Shown here piece after piece: positions 57,237 through 64,000 of a DNA stretch of 64,000 nt. Position numbers and translations under genes: made by a program. Position 1 is the stretch's first letter. Each line of letters starts with the position of its first letter. Below the pieces are notes generated by a model. The model was not told the origin of the DNA and ran no database searches. It saw only the letters and a program-made list of their open reading frames with translations. This stretch comes from a virus. Its lineage: Duplodnaviria; Caudoviricetes. The DNA lies in the IMG/VR virus record IMGVR_UViG_3300014613_000021, positions 1 to 64,000 of that record. The stretch is one strand, 5' to 3'.

Positions 57237-59645
57237 TTATTCGTCAAATTGTCTCCGCTTCAAAAAGAAATTGAAAACCTTCTCATTAACCGCAAAGTTA
57301 GTTTTCAGTTTTGTACTCATTTTTGTTTCAATAGTATCTTCACCGGGCTTCGTTAACCTCTCTATGATAAAATCTTTTATTGCTTTACTGTCAACGATAT
57401 TAAAGTAACTTATTTCACCTGTTAAATAAGCCTTTTTCATTCCCCTGCTTACCGATAATGTAGTAACCCTGTCTATTGAACTTGTTGAAATAGAAAAATT
57501 ATTGCTCACAGCATCTACATAAAATATTTCATCTGTCAGTTCAAACTCAATCCATGTTCCTCTTTTTATTCTCCTGTCACCATTGATTGTTATTGTTCCA
57601 GACCGGGTAAAAGGAACGTAAGCATTACAATCTATCAAAAACTTCAAATCATTAACAACCTGTTCAAGAAAATAATTTCTGTCCTCTGACCATTGTTCTC
57701 CTTCAATACCTGAATAAGAAATATAATTAGAAACAACAGAAAGTCTTTTAGCCCCCCAAATATTAGCATATAACGGAAAATAAACAATCGGAATATACGC
57801 AAGTGCCATTTGATTTGCAAGACCTAAAAACGCTCCCTTCGGTTGTATCTCATAAAAGGAATAAATCCCATCTTCTGTATATGATAAAGATTTACTTAAA
57901 ACATCAGCCGGACTAATTGAAAGTAATATTGATTTTCTTTCTTTCTTTAACTCCACATTAACAGGAGTATTTATTTGACCTCTTAATTGTACCTGATTTA
58001 ATAAGTCTGGGGTTTTTTCGGCATAACCTACTTCATCTTCACCAGGCAACGTTTTGTTTATAAAATCAAGAACAGCCCTTCCGGTAAAAGGAGGCTGTCG
58101 AACCGTATAATAAAACTCGTCTCCATAAGTATCGGTCATAAATTCAACAAATGGTTCTTGACATACCTTCCAGACAGAATTTATTAAACTACCATCAGGC
58201 TGAGAAATACTTGAATCAGCGATCCGTCTGTCAGCAATGTTTTCATCAAATAAAAGTTTTATTATCTGCCAAATTCCTTCATGTAACCTTTCAGAAAATA
58301 ATTTAGGATTTTCATTATTCAGTCTATAAACATACGTTCTCCTGTCAATAACCTCACCCTTTAATTCATATCTATAACTCGTAAATAAATCGTCTGGTAC
58401 AATGCCTAAATTAGCCAAATGATTTATAATAAATTTCATTACATCCGGTATTGAATAAAATGAATAAGCCATTAATAATTCATCATATTTACCAGATGAA
58501 AAAAGTCTTTTAATTAACCTATCGTCTTCCTGTGTATTCAAAAAAATATCAGTAGCGTATTGTAAAGCGTAAAAATAACTCCCGTCTTCAATCAGCGGTT
58601 TTATTAAATCCCTTCCGGTAATACTTATATTAACATCATTTGAACCGTAATTTGTGGCCAAAGTGTTTGAATCAACAAGACCAATCATGTCATAAATCTG
58701 ATTTGCTATTTTAGACTTTGACACATTCATACTAAATTCCTTAGTCCTTAGTTTTTCTATTTCAAGTTTCTCAAATTTTATGAAAACAAGGTCATTAGTA
58801 TTGATTATCTTGTGAAACAAAAAATCATTCTCTTTTATTTTTCCCTGAATTATTTTAAAAACATTTGAATCAGAAACAAACCCATTTCCTGACCTCAATA
58901 CGCTTCCTTTTGTTATTGGCGCAAGCGACATACTGAAATTACCGCCTGTCTTTGTGACATTGATAGATATATTTTCAATGAACGGGGTTATATCAATCAT
59001 ACTCCCATTTGTCAAAAAACTCTCATCAAACCGTATTTTATTAAAATCTACTCCTGTGTTTACCTGTTTATGTTGTCTTACCTGATTTAAAAGCTCCGAA
59101 ACCTGAGCTTCTGTATATTCGTCCTGTGGATACTCTAAACTCCTTACCCACATCCATACCGTTATATACGGGTAAATGTCCTGTACTGCTGAACCACCCC
59201 TTAAATTATATTTTACAGAAGGCGTATATAAAGGATCAGAAAGTAATTGTTCGAGTTTGTCAGCTAAAAATGTAGTGAATTGTCTTTGAGTAGCTACCTG
59301 GTTTTTACCTGTTATTGCAAGAGCTTCACGGTTAGCCTTATCAGTTGGAATAAGAACGGTTGTGTTTACTTTAAAAAGTATTGCGCCAAATTCACTAAAC
59401 AAGGAAAATTGAACACTTAATTTATAAGTAAACTGATTTATTAATCCTTCATATTGTTTGCTTTCCAATACATTGTATTTTTCATAAATACGTTCAATAT
59501 TCATTTTATCAGTGTCACCCTTATAACTCAAAAAATCTTTTATACTCATTCCCTTTGCAACAGAAGTGGCACTACTCAAAAACTTTGAAACAGTATTTAT
59601 TTCAGGTGAAATATGGGGGTGTGGTATGTAGGGTTTGTTGTTCAT
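57237..59645 (-). CDS. Baseplate hub (gp27-like) protein
   Basis: ITGRDLIKPLIED, RSGTITINGDRRIKRG, follows tape measure. Confidence 0.65.
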   Translation of the reverse strand: MNNKPYIPHPHISPEINTVSKFLSSATSVAKGMSIKDFLSYKGDTDKMNIERIYEKYNVLESKQYEGLINQFTYKLSVQFSLFSEFGAILFKVNTTVLIPTDKANREALAITGKNQVATQRQFTTFLADKLEQLLSDPLYTPSVKYNLRGGSAVQDIYPYITVWMWVRSLEYPQDEYTEAQVSELLNQVRQHKQVNTGVDFNKIRFDESFLTNGSMIDITPFIENISINVTKTGGNFSMSLAPITKGSVLRSGNGFVSDSNVFKIIQGKIKENDFLFHKIINTNDLVFIKFEKLEIEKLRTKEFSMNVSKSKIANQIYDMIGLVDSNTLATNYGSNDVNISITGRDLIKPLIEDGSYFYALQYATDIFLNTQEDDRLIKRLFSSGKYDELLMAYSFYSIPDVMKFIINHLANLGIVPDDLFTSYRYELKGEVIDRRTYVYRLNNENPKLFSERLHEGIWQIIKLLFDENIADRRIADSSISQPDGSLINSVWKVCQEPFVEFMTDTYGDEFYYTVRQPPFTGRAVLDFINKTLPGEDEVGYAEKTPDLLNQVQLRGQINTPVNVELKKERKSILLSISPADVLSKSLSYTEDGIYSFYEIQPKGAFLGLANQMALAYIPIVYFPLYANIWGAKRLSVVSNYISYSGIEGEQWSEDRNYFLEQVVNDLKFLIDCNAYVPFTRSGTITINGDRRIKRGTWIEFELTDEIFYVDAVSNNFSISTSSIDRVTTLSVSRGMKKAYLTGEISYFNIVDSKAIKDFIIERLTKPGEDTIETKMSTKLKTNFAVNEKVFNFFLKRRQFDE

Positions 59646-61607
59646 TTATTCAACTGCATTTTTTACAATGGAATCCGTTTCAATTTTCATGACTTGCTTA
59701 TATGCCTCTATCGCTTTATCTAAATCAATTAAGGAAGCATTAATAACCCTCAAATTCGTATCAGCAGCCGTTCCATAATCTTCTCCAACAACGCCTGTTT
59801 TAACCCTCTTTTCTTCCCATTGACGCTGTTCTTCTGCCATTCGTTTTTCTTTTTCTGACTTTTCTTTATCTCGATCTTTTAAATATTTCATAAATTCATC
59901 AATCTTCTTTATAACAAATTCAGAAACATTCGTTATAGACTTGCCAACATCCATAAATATGTTTTCCATATTTGCCGTAGATTCTTCGAGTAATCCTACC
60001 GTTCCCTTTGCTCTTGTAGAAAGATCAACTCCTTGCGCCTCTTGAATTTTTCTTGATAAGGCAGCTTCATCTAAACCACCCGTTTCAAAACCTCTTCCAA
60101 TTTCTTCTGACAATGTTGCAGAAAGACCAAAAACATTTTTAATATTTCTATAAAACTGTTCTCCGCCACCCATTCTCCCTAATCTACCCAAAATACCCCT
60201 CAAATAACCGGGTTGAGAAACGCCACCTTCACGCATCTTTTCAAGTTCCCATAAACTCGCTCCCGGCATTATTCCTGAAAGTGTCGCAAATTGTAATGCC
60301 TCGACCTGCGGAGTTGAAGGAGAAATTAATCCTTCCTGCAATCTACTTATTACGCCACCTAATACAGCAGGATTTGTTAATGAAGTGCTTAAACTGGCTA
60401 TTCCTGCTATCATACGATTATTAACACCTAAATCAATACGGCCAAGTCTCGCTAACTGTTCTTTTCCATAAGACTTCATTATATCAACAAACTCAGGAAA
60501 CATTGATAAATCACCTCCCCTTCCAACTCCGGCAGACTGCATTGCTTTTATTAAATTTTCAGCAGTACCTTGTGTTGTCATTCCGCTAATATCACCTCTT
60601 GAAAGACCAAATAACTCAGCAGCAACCCCTTGAGACAAACCCCCTCCTTTTTGCAAAGCAATTGATTCATAAGTAGCCTTCTCAACATCCTTTATTTTTC
60701 CCTTTGACCTTGCTGTTCTTACAGCCTCCTCAATAAATTGAGCTTGATTATAACCGTATGATTCGGCTAATGATGTATCCCCCCATTTACCTCCACCGCC
60801 AAGATTTTCATAAACCCCCGGAACAGTTTCAAATAACTTTGTAAAAATACCTGGAGTTACCTTATCTTTAATCTTACTACGGACAGACCCTCCCGCAATT
60901 TGAACCAACCCGCCACGAGCAATATCATATTGTTCAGCCGCCCCTAAAGCCTTTTGGCCAATCATACTTAATCCCTGTCCAACCCAGGGTATAACAGCTA
61001 ATGTCGCAGCTAATCCATAAATCTCATTTTTTGACATAGCTAATCCACCGGCAATACCAACCCCTCTTTCAATACCTCTGCCCGTAAAACCCCTTCTTTC
61101 TTCTTCTGTTTGTTGCTTATCAGTTGCAAGCTGTTCCCTCTGATATTTTAATTTTAGTTCTTCTTCAGGAGATAGACCTTTTAATTCGCCTTCCTGATAA
61201 GACCTGATTTGATTCTCTACATTAGACCTGTCATGTATTATTTCCTGCCTGGAAGTGCCTTTAATAGCATCAATAATTTCCCTTAAAAGTTGGGTTTGTA
61301 ATTTATCTTCTTCACTTTCAAACTTTATTTCTGTCGCTCTCTTTGTAAAATCTTCTTTAGATATTTCTCCACCGAATCGTGCCCTTTCAAGTTCTAAAGT
61401 TCTTGTTTTTTCATAAAGCCTGTTTCTTTGTTCAAGAAGCCTTATTTCATCTTCTAAATACCTTGTCACCTGTTTGCCGGAAGTGGCAAAAGCGTTTGCG
61501 TCTTCAATTAATTCACGACCGAGTTCAGCAGCACTTTGTTTTAACCGGTTTACAGTAGACTCTACATTACTGTCTTTCGCTCTAAAAGTAATTTCCCTGT
61601 CAGCCAT
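59646..61607 (-). CDS. Tape measure protein
   Basis: 653 aa helical, G/A-rich, downstream of tube and chaperones. Confidence 0.65.
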   Translation of the reverse strand: MADREITFRAKDSNVESTVNRLKQSAAELGRELIEDANAFATSGKQVTRYLEDEIRLLEQRNRLYEKTRTLELERARFGGEISKEDFTKRATEIKFESEEDKLQTQLLREIIDAIKGTSRQEIIHDRSNVENQIRSYQEGELKGLSPEEELKLKYQREQLATDKQQTEEERRGFTGRGIERGVGIAGGLAMSKNEIYGLAATLAVIPWVGQGLSMIGQKALGAAEQYDIARGGLVQIAGGSVRSKIKDKVTPGIFTKLFETVPGVYENLGGGGKWGDTSLAESYGYNQAQFIEEAVRTARSKGKIKDVEKATYESIALQKGGGLSQGVAAELFGLSRGDISGMTTQGTAENLIKAMQSAGVGRGGDLSMFPEFVDIMKSYGKEQLARLGRIDLGVNNRMIAGIASLSTSLTNPAVLGGVISRLQEGLISPSTPQVEALQFATLSGIMPGASLWELEKMREGGVSQPGYLRGILGRLGRMGGGEQFYRNIKNVFGLSATLSEEIGRGFETGGLDEAALSRKIQEAQGVDLSTRAKGTVGLLEESTANMENIFMDVGKSITNVSEFVIKKIDEFMKYLKDRDKEKSEKEKRMAEEQRQWEEKRVKTGVVGEDYGTAADTNLRVINASLIDLDKAIEAYKQVMKIETDSIVKNAVE

Positions 61608-62004
61608 TTATACCCGGTATTTTAAGTTTGCTAATATCCAAATTGTCAAATGCCTCGTCTATTTCTTTCTCTGTCAATTTCTTTTTCTTTAAATAATCAC
61701 CGTAACCCGGCTTATAAATATCTTCATCTTTCTTTTCTTCCCTTTTCGACATTATTTCAGCAAATATCTTATCTTCCTGATACTCAAAAAACATATCTAT
61801 AAAACAAAATTCCCTGTGTTGAAGTGAATTAAAGGGTATTTTGTGTTTTTCCCTCCACCACCTATCCACAGGGTAATTATTATTCCAATGATAAACAAAA
61901 GACTTAAAAGCCTTTAAACTTAGTTTACTCAGGTCAAATTCATCTAAAGATAAGTTTTGAGGTTTTTCCTTAGTAAACAACTTCTTAAAGAAATCAATGA
62001 ACAT
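61600..62004 (-). CDS. Tail assembly chaperone-like protein (GT-type)
   Basis: Position; WNNNYPVDRWWREKHKIPF. Confidence 0.5.
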   Translation of the reverse strand: MFIDFFKKLFTKEKPQNLSLDEFDLSKLSLKAFKSFVYHWNNNYPVDRWWREKHKIPFNSLQHREFCFIDMFFEYQEDKIFAEIMSKREEKKDEDIYKPGYGDYLKKKKLTEKEIDEAFDNLDISKLKIPGING

Positions 62005-62373
62005 CTATTCATCCTTATTTTCTTTTTTTTCATCACCACGTAACACCTTCAACCAACTTTCTATCCAGGGATTGAAGTTTTCTTTATAAACCGTTAAAAG
62101 TTCATTCGCATCCATCACATCCAAATCAAGATAACTGTCAGACTTCAAGTCTTTCAGTAAATTCGGAACAAGTACTGAAAAGTAAGAAATCATATCAACA
62201 AAATCTAACGCCTTCAGCGAATTCCTCGTTAATGACTGGATAAATCCGCCATATTCATTCCGGGAAACCTTTATTTTTGTTGACTCAATGTCAAGAAATT
62301 TCCCTACTGTCGGAAACTCTACTTTGTAAGTGTTTCCCTTTACTTGTAAATTAAGTTCTCTTTGTAAATTCAT
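62005..62373 (-). CDS. Tail assembly chaperone (G-type)
   Basis: Position between tube and tape measure; YKVEFPTVGKFLDIE. Confidence 0.55.
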   Translation of the reverse strand: MNLQRELNLQVKGNTYKVEFPTVGKFLDIESTKIKVSRNEYGGFIQSLTRNSLKALDFVDMISYFSVLVPNLLKDLKSDSYLDLDVMDANELLTVYKENFNPWIESWLKVLRGDEKKENKDE

Positions 62374-62397
62374 TTGAGGTAAGTGATTAAATTATTA

Positions 62398-63036
62398 TTA
62401 TAAATTAAAAACAGCAAAAGCCTTTTCAAGTTCAGATTGTTCCGTTGAAGAAACCTCAGTTTTGACTCCTTTCTGAAAAACATCATTTGAATAAACCCCA
62501 ATAACGCCATCAGAAAATTTAACATGAATATCACCGTGTTTTGGATCAATCTTCACAACCTTACCCGATTCACCTTGTTTCTTTTTCGGATCGGTCGTAA
62601 GTGTTTTAGGAATAGTGACCGTACTACCTATTTTTACTCCACCTTTAAATTCTAATTTATCATAGTATTTAAACAATGCTGCCTCATATCTTTCTTGTGA
62701 ATCAAATTCATATCTTTGTGGTCTCACTAATTTACCTGATTCTTTTTGTAAAAGCTGTCTTTTTACTTTGTGCATTTCTTCTTTTTCAGAAGATTTTTCT
62801 GCACCAAATTTCTGTCCAACCCTGCCTAACTTCCGGTTTTCAGGAGTATCGGCATAAATACCGGACTTGGCTTTCTCCAATTCATCTTCCTGAACTTCTT
62901 CAAAACTAAGTTCAGTTTCAGACTTCTCAATCTGTTCTTCTTTTTTATCTATTTCAAAAGTTCCAGTGAAACCCTTGTAAATAAGAGACTGTTGCTCAAA
63001 TCTCTTTCTTTTTATTTCTTCCCAAATCATAGTCAT
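62398..63036 (-). CDS. Hypothetical virion-associated protein
   Basis: ELEKA repeats, SGIYADTPENRKLGRVG motif, C-terminal SH3-like strands. Confidence 0.5.
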   Translation of the reverse strand: MTMIWEEIKRKRFEQQSLIYKGFTGTFEIDKKEEQIEKSETELSFEEVQEDELEKAKSGIYADTPENRKLGRVGQKFGAEKSSEKEEMHKVKRQLLQKESGKLVRPQRYEFDSQERYEAALFKYYDKLEFKGGVKIGSTVTIPKTLTTDPKKKQGESGKVVKIDPKHGDIHVKFSDGVIGVYSNDVFQKGVKTEVSSTEQSELEKAFAVFNL

Positions 63037-63043
63037 ATATGTA

Positions 63044-63547
63044 TTAGCTTACCGGTAATAATATTGGATTGAGATAAGTAAATGACTGATCCATTCCTGA
63101 AATCTGACCTTCACTTATATCAAAAGACTGACTGTCTGTAAACGCCCCAAAAATAACAGCAAAATCACCATTTTCTATCTCCGTAACAAGTCCTGTCGTA
63201 GCGTCAATGCCTGATACTGTTGCCTGTTTTTTATAAATATAAATATCAACCCCATTCTCCTGAAGTAAAAGACTGTTTACAAACTCCTCAACAACACCCG
63301 TTTCTCTATGGACAGACTGGGGAAGTCCTGTTGAAACTAAATCAATCGTATAAAATGAACAAGTCAGTGTTCCATTCCACGAAAGAGCCGGTTTTTCCTT
63401 TGGAAGAAGCTCTCCAAGCCCTCTTACATCACCTCGCTGTATATTTTCTGTTACCCGAATGTTTTTCATTTTGCCAATAATCTGACCACCTGCAATAATT
63501 ATTGCAAGAGGGGCTGTCATTACCGCTGTATTTGTACTTGATGGCAT
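63044..63547 (-). CDS. Tail tube protein
   Basis: IGKMKNIRVTENIQRGDVRGLG; follows sheath. Confidence 0.75.
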   Translation of the reverse strand: MPSSTNTAVMTAPLAIIIAGGQIIGKMKNIRVTENIQRGDVRGLGELLPKEKPALSWNGTLTCSFYTIDLVSTGLPQSVHRETGVVEEFVNSLLLQENGVDIYIYKKQATVSGIDATTGLVTEIENGDFAVIFGAFTDSQSFDISEGQISGMDQSFTYLNPILLPVS

Positions 63548-63581
63548 AACTGTAAAATATTAAATCCTAAAAACCAATTTC

Positions 63582-64000
63582 CTAATTAATCATAAATCCT
63601 GTAAAGAAAACCTTCGTTATCTCACTGTTCGGAGTAAACTTATATGTCACCTGATACGAGTCTTGAACTTTAGTTACATTAATAGTTGCAGGATAAAATT
63701 TCTTTATCAAATTATCTGTCGTTGGAGTGATTGTCCTGGATTGCAAATAACCAATCAGCCAGTCACGTACCCTTTTAGTTGAAAGAGTATATTGATTAAC
63801 TCCCGAAGGATTCCCAAATAACTGATTTTTTGCATTAATAACAATCTCCTTGTTCAACTGAGAAGTTATGTTTTTGATTTGAATAACATGAGACGTTCCA
63901 TCATCATTTATCTCATAATCATTTCTTTGAAGTGAATTAACATCCTGAACAATAACGAATTTTCCAAAATCACTGTCATATTCAGTGCAAAGAACTCCAT
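63582..64000 (-). CDS. Tail sheath protein, C-terminal part (open at window edge)
   Basis: Frame is open to 64000 (GVLCTEYDSDFGKFVIVQDVNSLQ...); ends YKFTPNSEITKVFFTGFMIN. Confidence 0.75.
   Translation of the reverse strand, partial: GVLCTEYDSDFGKFVIVQDVNSLQRNDYEINDDGTSHVIQIKNITSQLNKEIVINAKNQLFGNPSGVNQYTLSTKRVRDWLIGYLQSRTITPTTDNLIKKFYPATINVTKVQDSYQVTYKFTPNSEITKVFFTGFMIN

Overview
This is a 64-kb segment of a large, AT-rich, contractile-tailed (myovirus-like) dsDNA phage or prophage. Essentially all real genes are on the minus strand, and the + strand ORFs in the track look like shadows. Seven -33 TTTG / 19-20 nt / -7 TAnnTTT(G/A) promoters point to a Bacteroidota host. In transcription order (right to left) there are three blocks. 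(1) A tail module (64000-44300): sheath C-terminus, tube, chaperones, tape measure, hub, spike, baseplate J/wedge, fibres/spike. (2) A replication, recombination and packaging block (43900-9700): terminase large subunit, DnaB- and DnaG-like proteins, DnaE, DEDDh exonuclease, beta-clamp-like protein, SSB, SbcCD, RecA, RuvC-like resolvase, RNase H, SNF2 and UvrD helicases, RNR. (3) An accessory region (9700-1): DNA methyltransferases, HNH, IS fragments, TnpB. The most striking signal is three dispersed clusters of integron attC-like hairpins (about 490-1550, 13340-14860, 41000-42270). Genes there stop in or just before the R'' box, and each internal cassette's 5' end is complementary to its own R'' over 9-17 nt, the footprint of excisable gene cassettes. 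No integron integrase lies in the window. Other candidates are a TnpB with a rearranged RuvC site in a hybrid IS607/IS605 element, a related ORF-less mini-IS, a switch-like structured leader and iteron-like repeats around a putative replication initiator, and several repeated regulatory motifs. Protein calls rest on motif recognition only; no database searches were run.
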